From the IMG/VR virus record IMGVR_UViG_3300037195_001443, positions 1 to 50,755 of that record: DNA of 50,755 nucleotides. The stretch is one strand, 5' to 3'. Positions 1 through 8,942 of this stretch are shown one piece after another. Every line of letters starts with the position of its first letter. Within the stretch, counting starts at the first letter, position 1. The DNA is from a virus (lineage: Duplodnaviria; Caudoviricetes). Both the position numbers and the translations under genes were made by a program. The notes under the pieces were generated by a model, which saw only the letters and a list, made by a program, of their open reading frames with translations, had not been told where the DNA came from and did not search any database.

Positions 1-141
1 ACTGCCCAAATCGGTGAACTGGTTGATAGACATATAATAGATGAACAACAAAGATATGCAAAAATGGAAGAGGAATTGCAATGGTACCAAAAAGAATTAA
101 ATCTAAATCCACTAAGCTGGCGAAAGAAAAAAAAGAAGTAA
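1..141 (+). CDS. Partial (5'-truncated) hypothetical protein, coiled-coil with basic C-terminus, lysis region
   Basis: Frame 1 is open from base 1 to TAA at 139-141 (…EEELQWYQKELNLNPLSWRKKKKK*). Confidence 0.6.
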   Translation, partial: TAQIGELVDRHIIDEQQRYAKMEEELQWYQKELNLNPLSWRKKKKK

Positions 142-146
142 GGGCT

Positions 147-218
147 ATGTCTTTTAGTGAGATATTAGCCAAGATTAATCATTACATAAGCGTACATGGT
201 AAGCTCCCAGGAAACTAA
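147..218 (+). CDS. Tiny hypothetical peptide (23 aa)
   Basis: ATG at 147 to TAA at 216-218, overlapping the next ATG (TAATG coupling); fills the gap exactly. Confidence 0.35.
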   Translation: MSFSEILAKINHYISVHGKLPGN

Positions 219-538
219 TGATAGATTTTTTGACCGTTTACAGCGAGGCTGGGATGATAGGCGTTGTGGGGGCAATGTTTGTTTATCTTGTAATTTCTTT
301 AAGTCAGAAAAGTGCAAAGCAGCAGGAATCACTTGAAGATTTACGTATTGAAAATAAGGGACAGAGTGAAACGCTGGAAAATATGGAAGGCATGATTATA
401 AAATTGATTGATAGGTGGAATAAATCAGATGAAACAAGAGACAGAAGGCATGAGGATATGGTTAAAGAAGTAAATGATCTTTCAGATGTTATGATGGAAG
501 TGAAAGGAAGCGTGAGTAGGATTAATGGCAGAAAATAG
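218..538 (+). CDS. Holin-like membrane protein (N-terminal TM helix plus coiled coil)
   Basis: Hydrophobic AGMIGVVGAMFVYLVISL followed by a heptad-rich region; lies upstream of the endolysin. Confidence 0.55.
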   Translation: MIDFLTVYSEAGMIGVVGAMFVYLVISLSQKSAKQQESLEDLRIENKGQSETLENMEGMIIKLIDRWNKSDETRDRRHEDMVKEVNDLSDVMMEVKGSVSRINGRK

Positions 539-761
539 AACAGTAGCAGATTATAGGGCTGACACTACTGCACAGCTTGTTAAGCTTGGGGAGCGTCAGA
601 TTAGTATTTTTAAAAGTATTCAAAGAGTGGAAAAGCATTTGGATAAACTTAATGGACAGGTGGAAGAAAATAAGACTAACTTGACCAAGATAGGTACAGT
701 TGGTTCGGTTGGTATTATTGTGATGCCTGTAATTGTATCAATAATAATGAGGTTACTATAA
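525..761 (+). CDS. Small coiled-coil protein with C-terminal TM helix (lysis cassette, XhlA/holin-like architecture)
   Basis: Coiled coil followed by hydrophobic IGTVGSVGIIVMPVIVSIIMRLL. Confidence 0.5.
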   Translation: MAENRTVADYRADTTAQLVKLGERQISIFKSIQRVEKHLDKLNGQVEENKTNLTKIGTVGSVGIIVMPVIVSIIMRLL

Positions 762-917
762 ATGGAATGGATCATTGAAAACTGGGAATATGCATTAATA
801 GTTATTCTGGCAATTGACAAGGCTGTTGCTTTGTCTCCGTCTACTTGGGACGATCTCTTGTGGACTTCAGTTAAAAAGGCTTTTTTAAAGGCCGCGGGTA
901 AGGAGGAATCAAAATGA
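762..917 (+). CDS. Small holin-like membrane peptide (51 aa; not in ORF track)
   Basis: MEWIIENWEYALIVILAIDKAVALSPSTWDDLLWTSVKKAFLKAAGKEESK; starts immediately after the upstream stop. Confidence 0.65.
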   Translation: MEWIIENWEYALIVILAIDKAVALSPSTWDDLLWTSVKKAFLKAAGKEESK

Positions 918-1078
918 GTATGTTATCGTCCTATATTAGGAGACAGGTAAAGAAAAGAGGTGCTAAGGCACTTATTCTGAAGATACTGGAAATGATTGTA
1001 AAGGCTACACCATCTAAAACTGATGATATGATGGTTGCAAAGGTTAAAGAGACTTTAGCAGAATTTGAAGATGGATAG
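914..1078 (+). CDS. Small holin-associated peptide (54 aa; not in ORF track)
   Basis: AGGAGG RBS at 901-906 and ATGA overlap; MSMLSSYIRRQVKKRGAKALILKILEMIVKATPSKTDDMMVAKVKETLAEFEDG. Confidence 0.65.
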   Translation: MSMLSSYIRRQVKKRGAKALILKILEMIVKATPSKTDDMMVAKVKETLAEFEDG

Positions 1079-1568
1079 AGTTTTGAATTCAGACATTATT
1101 AAAAAAGTCTTAGTGCGGGAAGGAGGTAGTAAGATTAGCCGTGATCCTGATGACCCTGGCGGGGTTACTAAGTACGGTATATCTAAGCGTTCTAACCCAG
1201 ATGTTGATATTGAGAACCTTACTGAAGAAGATGCTATTCTTATATATTTCGAAAAGTATTGGACTCCATCAAAAGCTTCCCGTCTTCCAAAATCGTTACA
1301 GGATATGTATTTCGATATGGTAGTGAATTTTGGTCAGCGTAGAGCAGTTAAAATATTGCAGGAGGCCTGTAATAATAAGGCAAAAAGAAAAAATAAAAAG
1401 ATAGTTGTTGATGGAAGGATTGGACCTAAGACTATAGGAGCGACTAAATACCTTGAAAAGGATAGGTTGCTTGCTTTTAGAGTGATGCATTATTCAAAAT
1501 TGTGTGAAAAAAATAAAGGGTTAATGAAGTACTATTATGGATGGATACGTAGAACAATATCTATATGA
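1071..1568 (+). CDS. Endolysin, glycoside hydrolase family 108 with peptidoglycan-binding domain
   Basis: REGG..RDPDDPGGVTKYGIS catalytic motif, FDMVVNFG, VDGRIGPKT, YYYGWIRR; ATG 1071 preferred over TTG 1065. Confidence 0.92.
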   Translation: MDRVLNSDIIKKVLVREGGSKISRDPDDPGGVTKYGISKRSNPDVDIENLTEEDAILIYFEKYWTPSKASRLPKSLQDMYFDMVVNFGQRRAVKILQEACNNKAKRKNKKIVVDGRIGPKTIGATKYLEKDRLLAFRVMHYSKLCEKNKGLMKYYYGWIRRTISI

Positions 1569-2599
1569 AACAAAGAAAGAAGCCGCCAAAAATAGAAATT
1601 ATCCCGACGGAGTTTATTGAAATGATGATGGTGGATAAACCTGAATATACTCCAGACATGTTAGCTGCAATGTTTGGAGTATCTAAAAGGACAATTCGTT
1701 ATTGGAAGGAGACAGTAAGAACAGAAGTTGGTTTCCAAAGAGAAATAGCTATGCCTGATAGTATAGATATAGATGAGTTGGTAAATGAAAGAACAAGGAA
1801 ATTTGAGCGTAAAGGAATACGCAAGAAAAATGAAAAACTTATTGGTATAAAAATTATGAATGATGGTCCTATAGGCATTGCTCATTTTGGCGATCCTCAT
1901 ATTGATGATGATGGTACTGATATATCTCTTCTTTTAAAACATGCTGATTTAGTGGCAGAAACAGAAGGTATGTATGCTGGCAATGTTGGAGATATACAGA
2001 ATAATTGGATAGGAAGACTGGGGCGTCTATATGGAGAACAGTCTACATCTGCAAAGGAAAGTTGGAGATTAACTGAACATTTTATACGGAAAGTTTCATG
2101 GTTATATATATGTGGCGGGAATCATGATGCTTGGGTAGGTAGTGGTGATCCGCTGGAGTATATTATTGGACAGCCAACTGTATATAACATGTATCAAGTC
2201 AGATTAAATTTAATATTTCCAAATGGTAAACAAGTTAGGGTTAATTGCAGACATGATTTTAAAGGTCATAGTCAATATAATACTGCTCATGGTCTTACAA
2301 AGGCTGCTATGTTTGGGTGGCGGGACCATATTCTTACTGCTGGGCATAAGCATGTAAGCGGTTATCAAGTAGTTAAGGACCCTATGAGTGGATTAATTAC
2401 TCATGCTATACGTTGTTCCAGCTATAAGACTCATGATAGATATGCTGAAGAAATGGGTTTGGCTGATCAGAGCATATTTATGTGTCCAGTCACTATTATA
2501 GATCCTCAGTATGAGGATAATGATCCGCGTTTGGTTACTGTTGTTTTTGATCCTTATGAGGGGGCTGATTATTTAACCTGGAAAAGAGGCAAGAAGTAG
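1565..2599 (+). CDS. Calcineurin-like metallophosphoesterase with N-terminal HTH
   Basis: GDPH, GD, GNHD, H and GHKH motifs in canonical order; LAAMFGVSKRTIRYW is HTH-like. Confidence 0.85.
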   Translation: MKQRKKPPKIEIIPTEFIEMMMVDKPEYTPDMLAAMFGVSKRTIRYWKETVRTEVGFQREIAMPDSIDIDELVNERTRKFERKGIRKKNEKLIGIKIMNDGPIGIAHFGDPHIDDDGTDISLLLKHADLVAETEGMYAGNVGDIQNNWIGRLGRLYGEQSTSAKESWRLTEHFIRKVSWLYICGGNHDAWVGSGDPLEYIIGQPTVYNMYQVRLNLIFPNGKQVRVNCRHDFKGHSQYNTAHGLTKAAMFGWRDHILTAGHKHVSGYQVVKDPMSGLITHAIRCSSYKTHDRYAEEMGLADQSIFMCPVTIIDPQYEDNDPRLVTVVFDPYEGADYLTWKRGKK

Positions 2600-5496
2600 T
2601 GCCAAAGCAAGTAATAGAAATATCTGAATTTTCTGGAGGGATGAATAATTATACTAATCCAGATACATTAGAGGAAAATGAATCTGTTCAGTTAAAGAAT
2701 CTTCATGTTCGTAAGGGGATGGTTGTTCCAGGTTATTCAGAAGACGCGGCATCTGGTTCGATACCAGATACTGGTACTTTGGTAACAGTTCCTTATAAAA
2801 AAACTATATTTAGTTACAGTACAGATTATGATCATAATAAGGGTGAGGCATTTACAGAATATCTTATGCATACTGATGGAATAAAATTGTTTAGGTTGGA
2901 AAATAGTCAATGGGTGGAAATATCTGCACTTGAAACAAATAGTAGTTCGCCAGCGGTTAATATATTTGATGGTGAGGTTCGTTTTTCTGATGGTTCATTT
3001 GATGTAACTACAACAGGCACTGTTCATGTTCCAGATAATAAAACAAAATTCTATACTCAGGCAGATAGAAATTGGTTTAATGATGATGTTAATTATCAGT
3101 CTGGGACTAATTATGGGGCTGTTTCTGGAGTACAGAATATTTCCAGCGATTCTGCTATTTATAAGCCTTTGTATGGCAATATTACTTTTGATGAACAGGG
3201 AAGTACTGTTGGGAAGGCTCAAACATGGCTTGGTTTAGAAGTATTTAGAATATCTTTTAATAAAGAATCTGATCATACGTTTACTAGTAGTGATTCTATT
3301 AATGGGTCAGGAGATTATAATGCTACTGGGACTTTTGAAAGTGTTGAAGATTCATATAGTAGTTATTTAGCAACTGCTGGTATTGATGATAATAATTTAT
3401 GGGCGGATTCATATGGTGATGATACTGTAGCGTCTGATCTTGGTGTGAGTGGAGAGGGTACAGTTAGTTACGAAACATATAGTGGTCAAAAATATATTGT
3501 AGTAGCTATTGATTCTACTGTAGAAATACCATTTACTTATCAGGATGATGCTTTAAATTGGGAATTTGGTACTGGTAATACATTTGAAATTGAACTTTGG
3601 GGAAGAGGGTTTAGGAAGTATGTTGACGGAGGAGGAGGAAATCATAATGTATTTACAAGTTTTTATGATGTTGGTCAAGGAACGGCTTCTAATTTTATAG
3701 ATGTTACTAAGATAAAAGTTATACCAGTTGACCCAGTTACTGGGGATCAGACAGCGCTTTCAACTACAGTTACATGGCCTACTCAAGATTTAGATATTAA
3801 TAAAATTAAGATAACTTTTACTGATTCTACTGCTGGAAAGCCCAACTTTAGAAAATATAGGCTAAGAATAGAATCACATACATTAAATACAGAAAGAATT
3901 TATTTTCATCTATTGAATGCTAAAAGCAATCTTAAACCATATACAGATGATAGGTTTTTGAAAATAACGAAGGCTAGTAGTACATATTATGGGTGGCAGT
4001 CACAACAAGATTTCTGGTCAGCCTCAGAATTTCAAAGTGGTGAATATGTTGTAGTTGGCAGGGTTGCTGTTCCATCAACTGGTACTTTGCCATTAAAGTT
4101 GAGGGTGTATTTTACTGATGTAGATAATCCAGGAAGTTCAAGTGCATTTGATAGCGGTAATACTGCCTATTGGGAATTAGGTCCAAATTGGATAGCTGAA
4201 AATAAAGGGAAAGGCTGGAGAGAAGTTGTAATCCCTTTAGGAGAGCTTATTACTCGTGAAGGTTCACCAGCATTGGGGAGTCTTGACAATGTTGCTTTTA
4301 TAGTTTATACTGATGGCGATACCTCTACTGTAGCGTATTTTGATGATTTTGCTGAATGTGAGGATAATCGCGGTACATGGGATGGTCATTATAAGTTTTT
4401 TTATAATTGGATATATGACCGCAAGCAGCATTCTCCTTATTTTGAATTTCCTAATCAGGGTGACGGTTTACTTGCAAACCAGCATAGGTTACAGTTTAGG
4501 GCAATAAATAGAATGAGTATAAGTGGGGGTTTTGGTGTTAATAGCAATAGTTATCCTGGAGGTGATGGTGTAACGTATGGAGGATTTAGAATAACTGGTG
4601 CTAATGTATTTTTTGCAGAGTATGATCTTAGTACGAAAACTTTAAAATATGATGATCCTTTTCAGGTATTATCTGTTGATTTTGAACGAGGTGTAAAGGT
4701 AGCTGGCGGTACAGAATTAAAACCATGGTACAATAGACCTGCTGATACTACATATTTTCATATTGAGCATGATCCTTTTGAATTAGCGGACCCTCTTTAT
4801 GCATCAACATTTAGTATATCTTCTGGATATGATTATGATCCAAGCAACCATATACTTCAGATAAGGTTTAGATCATCAGCGATAATGCATAGGAGAGTGT
4901 ATTATGGTAATGTTGATTTGGTTTATGAAAAAATTGGTGATGAAACAAGGGGTATTAGACAGCGGTATGGTGATAGGGTATACAAATCCCTGCCAGATCA
5001 GCCAGATATTATACCTTCTTATAATTATCTTGATATTGGAATTAATGATGGAGATGAGATTACTGCTTTAGCTGCATATGCTGATAGGTTGCTTGTTTTC
5101 AAGAATGAAGCTATGTATTTAGTTAATGTCACACAGGATTTAGAGTTTCTTGAGGAGACTTATAAGTATCTGGGTGTTCTGGGGGATGAGGCAGTTACTC
5201 AGACAAGTACTGGTATAGCTTGGGCAAATACAAGAGGTGCTTATTATTATGATGGTGAAGAGGTGCATAAAATATCAGAGGGAAAGATTAATAATTGGAA
5301 TTTAGGCAGTTATCCTACGGTTGGTTATTATCCAGAAAAGAATCATATAATATTTATGGGTGGCGGGGTTGCTACTGGTTATGTTTATGATCTTAAGCTT
5401 GAGTCATGGAGTGAGTTTAGCAATATGACTGAAGCTACTAGAAATCTAATATTTTATAAGAATGAACTTGTTTATCCTGCGGTTGGGACTGTGTAA
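2599..5496 (+). CDS. Tail nozzle / tail tubular protein B-like (beta-propeller) with inserted carbohydrate-binding-like domain
   Basis: N-terminal FSGGMN..NPDTLEENE…L.NL; propeller segments NDGDEITALAAYADRLLVFK and GIAWANTRGAYYYDGEEVHKISE; sits just before the ejection proteins. Confidence 0.75.
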   Translation: MPKQVIEISEFSGGMNNYTNPDTLEENESVQLKNLHVRKGMVVPGYSEDAASGSIPDTGTLVTVPYKKTIFSYSTDYDHNKGEAFTEYLMHTDGIKLFRLENSQWVEISALETNSSSPAVNIFDGEVRFSDGSFDVTTTGTVHVPDNKTKFYTQADRNWFNDDVNYQSGTNYGAVSGVQNISSDSAIYKPLYGNITFDEQGSTVGKAQTWLGLEVFRISFNKESDHTFTSSDSINGSGDYNATGTFESVEDSYSSYLATAGIDDNNLWADSYGDDTVASDLGVSGEGTVSYETYSGQKYIVVAIDSTVEIPFTYQDDALNWEFGTGNTFEIELWGRGFRKYVDGGGGNHNVFTSFYDVGQGTASNFIDVTKIKVIPVDPVTGDQTALSTTVTWPTQDLDINKIKITFTDSTAGKPNFRKYRLRIESHTLNTERIYFHLLNAKSNLKPYTDDRFLKITKASSTYYGWQSQQDFWSASEFQSGEYVVVGRVAVPSTGTLPLKLRVYFTDVDNPGSSSAFDSGNTAYWELGPNWIAENKGKGWREVVIPLGELITREGSPALGSLDNVAFIVYTDGDTSTVAYFDDFAECEDNRGTWDGHYKFFYNWIYDRKQHSPYFEFPNQGDGLLANQHRLQFRAINRMSISGGFGVNSNSYPGGDGVTYGGFRITGANVFFAEYDLSTKTLKYDDPFQVLSVDFERGVKVAGGTELKPWYNRPADTTYFHIEHDPFELADPLYASTFSISSGYDYDPSNHILQIRFRSSAIMHRRVYYGNVDLVYEKIGDETRGIRQRYGDRVYKSLPDQPDIIPSYNYLDIGINDGDEITALAAYADRLLVFKNEAMYLVNVTQDLEFLEETYKYLGVLGDEAVTQTSTGIAWANTRGAYYYDGEEVHKISEGKINNWNLGSYPTVGYYPEKNHIIFMGGGVATGYVYDLKLESWSEFSNMTEATRNLIFYKNELVYPAVGTV

Positions 5497-5945
5497 TGGC
5501 TGATAAATATATTATTAAGCAAATAAAGATACCAGCTACTTCAGTTTTGTCTGTGCCTGTTTTAACTACAAAAGAAGTTATATTTGGTAATTATTCTCAT
5601 AAGGTTAGCGTTACAAGGGTTTATGTGAAGTATATTGCTGAACTTGATACAGTTGGTATTGGTTCAGATTCTGATAAACCAGCGTATGGATTAAAAATGC
5701 AGTTTACGACAAATGGCGGGTCTTCTCTAAAAGAATTTTCATCCCCGATTTTTCCTAATTCTACTACTGTTTCTACTGCCACTTTTACGCCAGCAAGCGG
5801 TGATGCAAAAAATATACATTCAATAAGATTCCATATTACTGGCTGTGGGCATACTGATGCTAGTAGTGGCGATGATGGACTTTCCAGATCAAGTACACAA
5901 ATACTTCAAATTGGGGTAATTTATAAGGCTAAAACAGTAAGGTAA
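5496..5945 (+). CDS. Probable separately encoded C-terminal beta-domain of the tail nozzle
   Basis: LTTKEVIFGNYSHKVSVTRVYVKY…IGVIYKAKTVR resembles the usual C-terminus of podovirus nozzle proteins; TAATG-coupled. Confidence 0.55.
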   Translation: MADKYIIKQIKIPATSVLSVPVLTTKEVIFGNYSHKVSVTRVYVKYIAELDTVGIGSDSDKPAYGLKMQFTTNGGSSLKEFSSPIFPNSTTVSTATFTPASGDAKNIHSIRFHITGCGHTDASSGDDGLSRSSTQILQIGVIYKAKTVR

Positions 5946-5946
5946 A

Positions 5947-6132
5947 ATGAAAAGTATTAAGAAAATGAAGCGTATGATGAGACATGCTACTCAGCAGAAG
6001 ATTTCAGAAAAAGGCTCTAAGGAGCGTAGAACAGGTGTTGGGGAGTATTTTGAGAAGACCACATCTGGCTTAGTAAAAACAATTAATTATGGCGGTAAGC
6101 GTTATAAACAGGAATTGATACAGGAGGATTAA
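5947..6132 (+). CDS. Small basic hypothetical protein
   Basis: 61-aa ORF tightly packed in the operon. Confidence 0.6.
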   Translation: MKSIKKMKRMMRHATQQKISEKGSKERRTGVGEYFEKTTSGLVKTINYGGKRYKQELIQED

Positions 6133-6133
6133 T

Positions 6134-6511
6134 ATGAGTTACAGTGATATAGCAACTAGCGGGATTGCACAGTCTAAAAGGTATGTGGCAAAGGCATCTT
6201 CCCTTTTAAAAGATAGAGAACGAAAGGATAAGAAGTTAGATGATTTAAAAATGATGCTAACTTTTAGTCAGTTTGAGGGAAGGCAGAAAAAGGAGTTTAA
6301 AGAGGGTCCTTATAAGGATTTAATTACATCCCCTGGGTTTAGAAAGTATTTTGGTGGTAAAGATTTTCCTACTTGGGATGAAGCATATGCTGGAAAACCT
6401 TTTGTAATAGGGGGTATATCACTTCCATTTAGTAGCCTAAGTAGTGTAGTCGGGATGGGGAATCTGGATAGCAAAGATTTAAGAGCCCTTGTTGCAATGA
6501 TGGGTAAATAG
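6134..6511 (+). CDS. Hypothetical protein, possible internal virion protein
   Basis: GGAGG RBS; lies between the nozzle and the ejection genes. Confidence 0.55.
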   Translation: MSYSDIATSGIAQSKRYVAKASSLLKDRERKDKKLDDLKMMLTFSQFEGRQKKEFKEGPYKDLITSPGFRKYFGGKDFPTWDEAYAGKPFVIGGISLPFSSLSSVVGMGNLDSKDLRALVAMMGK

Positions 6512-6525
6512 AAAGGAGTATAATT

Positions 6526-7605
6526 ATGGCAAATCAATTTCTTGAGTCTTTACAAAGGAAAGCTAATATGAGCTGGATGGGTAATCTTAGTGGGCATGGT
6601 TTAAATGCTACTCCTCTTGGGAATATGTCTGCTACTTTGAATGCTATACCTGATTATTTAAGTGGCGTAGGTGCTGGTCCGCCTAAAGTGCCGCAATTAT
6701 CTGTCCCTAATGCATCTTCAGCAGCTGCGACTGGTGGTAAATCTGTTGGTGCAATGGTGAAAAATGTTCAAAATATGAATAATAGTTTATCTTCTATGTC
6801 CCCTAGTCTTAATCCATTTGGAACAGGGAATAAGTTAGGAGGAGGGCAAAGGTCAAGATTAAAACCTGGCGCAGGAAATCAATATGGAATTACAACTCCT
6901 TCGGCAATAAATGTTCCTGATATACAGGGATTGGCTTCAGAACCATCACTTATGGATAGTTTTAAAGGCGTTGCTGGTAAAGCTGGCGGGTTTCTAAAGG
7001 AGCATCAAGCTGGGATATCTGCTGTTGCTGGCGGTGCTATGGCTGTTGGAGGCGCATATCAAAAGAATAAAAGTTTAAATAAAAGCATAGATGAAGTGAA
7101 TAAGGCTATTAAGACCCTTGAAGGATCAAAGACAGAGATAGGAGATAGATTGAGGACTGATAGGGAATTGGTGCTTGATGAGGTTAGCGAGGAAGGACAA
7201 AGAAATGCAGTAAGTGAATTTTCTGACTTATCTAATCAAACAACAGCCGCGGTTAATGCTAATCGTTCCTTGTCTTCTGGTCATTTAAATAAAAAGGTGC
7301 AGGAGATACAAAAAGCTTCTCAAACGAAATTGAGTAATATATATGAGGCAAAAAAGAAAGATGGTCAAAGAAAAGTAGATTTATTGGTAAGCAATGCTAA
7401 GGTCAATACTGATAAATTGACTGCTCATGTTGGTACAATGAAAGATACTAGGGATGAAATGAAAGAGGCGCAGTCTAATATTGCTAGGAATACCGCGCTG
7501 GATGTAGGCAGTATAGCACTTGGGGCTACTGGCATAGGCTTACCTGCTATGTTTGCAATGCAGATGGGAATGAACGCTTTAAAAGAAGAAAATCAATATT
7601 CATAG
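6526..7605 (+). CDS. Putative internal virion (ejection) protein
   Basis: Gly/Ala-rich hydrophobic segments (ISAVAGGAMAVGGAY; VGSIALGATGIGLPAMFAM) flanking a coiled coil; AAGGAG RBS. Confidence 0.6.
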   Translation: MANQFLESLQRKANMSWMGNLSGHGLNATPLGNMSATLNAIPDYLSGVGAGPPKVPQLSVPNASSAAATGGKSVGAMVKNVQNMNNSLSSMSPSLNPFGTGNKLGGGQRSRLKPGAGNQYGITTPSAINVPDIQGLASEPSLMDSFKGVAGKAGGFLKEHQAGISAVAGGAMAVGGAYQKNKSLNKSIDEVNKAIKTLEGSKTEIGDRLRTDRELVLDEVSEEGQRNAVSEFSDLSNQTTAAVNANRSLSSGHLNKKVQEIQKASQTKLSNIYEAKKKDGQRKVDLLVSNAKVNTDKLTAHVGTMKDTRDEMKEAQSNIARNTALDVGSIALGATGIGLPAMFAMQMGMNALKEENQYS

Positions 7606-7613
7606 GTGATATA

Positions 7614-8939
7614 ATGGCTAACAATCAATTTTTTCAAATGATGTATTTGCTTGAAGCGCAAAAGAAGAATAAACAAAGGGGTGAAATGACTCCTGCTCAA
7701 ATAATGTCAAATATTATGAATAGGGATAAATTGGGAATGGGTGCTTCCAATGAGCATGTTAAAAATTTTGCTGTAAATACAACTGAAGATAATTATAATG
7801 CTGTAATGAATAGTCTTGACCAGTTTAAGAAAGATGCTATTCTTCCAGAGGCTCAGGGATATATTAATTCACAAATGGTTAATGTTGATAATATCTGGAA
7901 TGTAAAGAAAAAAGCGAATGAGTCAAAAAAAGGAATTTTAGACGCTTTGAAAACAGTTGATGCTGCTGATAGGAGTAGTGTGTTGAATCTCCAGAGCATG
8001 ATTGTAGATGCATCAATAGATGGTGCTTTAAATTCTCAGGAAACAACATACTGGTTAAAAGAAGTAAATGATCGAACTAAAGAATATGAGGAAGATCAGA
8101 ATTTACTAAATATATCTGAAACTTTGAGGGCTTTAAAATCTGATAAAACTCCAACTGCACCAGAATTGCTTGGTAAAGTTGCTGATATGGCAGATAAAGA
8201 ATATACTGACTTGTCAGCGTTAAATTTTGTTACAGGTCTAGGAAAATTTATGGTTGATGAATATGGTGAATATGGTAAAAGTAATGATTTGCAAACCTTG
8301 CAGGATCAGAAGAATGTATATAATAATCTTGAGTCTAAACTTGCTCAAATTGAGAATTACTGGACTCAATTTACTGATTTAGAGCAAGATAGATTTTCTA
8401 TGTTGGCAAGTGCAAAGGGCAGGGCTGAGGGTGTGGCGTCGTATGGCGGTGAAAGTAAAACTGGAATATTTTCTTTTGATATAACTGGCTTATATGATGA
8501 TACTATTGAGAATATGGTAGATTTTATAATGTTTAAGACGAGGCCTAATCAAAAAGAGTTTTTAGAATTTCATGAGACTGTACGTCCTAGCAGGACTGGG
8601 AGAAAGGGAAAGATGAATAAGGAAGTGTTATTTGATAGGGATCATCCTGACCATAAGATTGTTGTAGATCTTTATAAAGAAAAGTTGTGGGAGGCATACA
8701 AGGGACATTATAAGAAAGAAGATAAGCATTCTATTCATGCAGAAGTGGCAAAATTATATATGGAGGTTATAGATGAAATTCAAGCTAGGGGTCATAATTT
8801 TAAGGCTTGGGATCATTTAGATTGGAATATTGGAGAACCCAGTAAAAAGGATAAAATACAATTAAAAAAGATTAATGTTAAAGATCTTCATGATCTGAAA
8901 TATTTCCAGACTGCTAAACAAATACAGGCTGGCTCGTAG
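7614..8939 (+). CDS. Putative internal virion (ejection) protein
   Basis: Helical 441-aa ORF inside the ejection-protein cluster. Confidence 0.5.
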   Translation: MANNQFFQMMYLLEAQKKNKQRGEMTPAQIMSNIMNRDKLGMGASNEHVKNFAVNTTEDNYNAVMNSLDQFKKDAILPEAQGYINSQMVNVDNIWNVKKKANESKKGILDALKTVDAADRSSVLNLQSMIVDASIDGALNSQETTYWLKEVNDRTKEYEEDQNLLNISETLRALKSDKTPTAPELLGKVADMADKEYTDLSALNFVTGLGKFMVDEYGEYGKSNDLQTLQDQKNVYNNLESKLAQIENYWTQFTDLEQDRFSMLASAKGRAEGVASYGGESKTGIFSFDITGLYDDTIENMVDFIMFKTRPNQKEFLEFHETVRPSRTGRKGKMNKEVLFDRDHPDHKIVVDLYKEKLWEAYKGHYKKEDKHSIHAEVAKLYMEVIDEIQARGHNFKAWDHLDWNIGEPSKKDKIQLKKINVKDLHDLKYFQTAKQIQAGS

Positions 8940-8942
8940 ATA

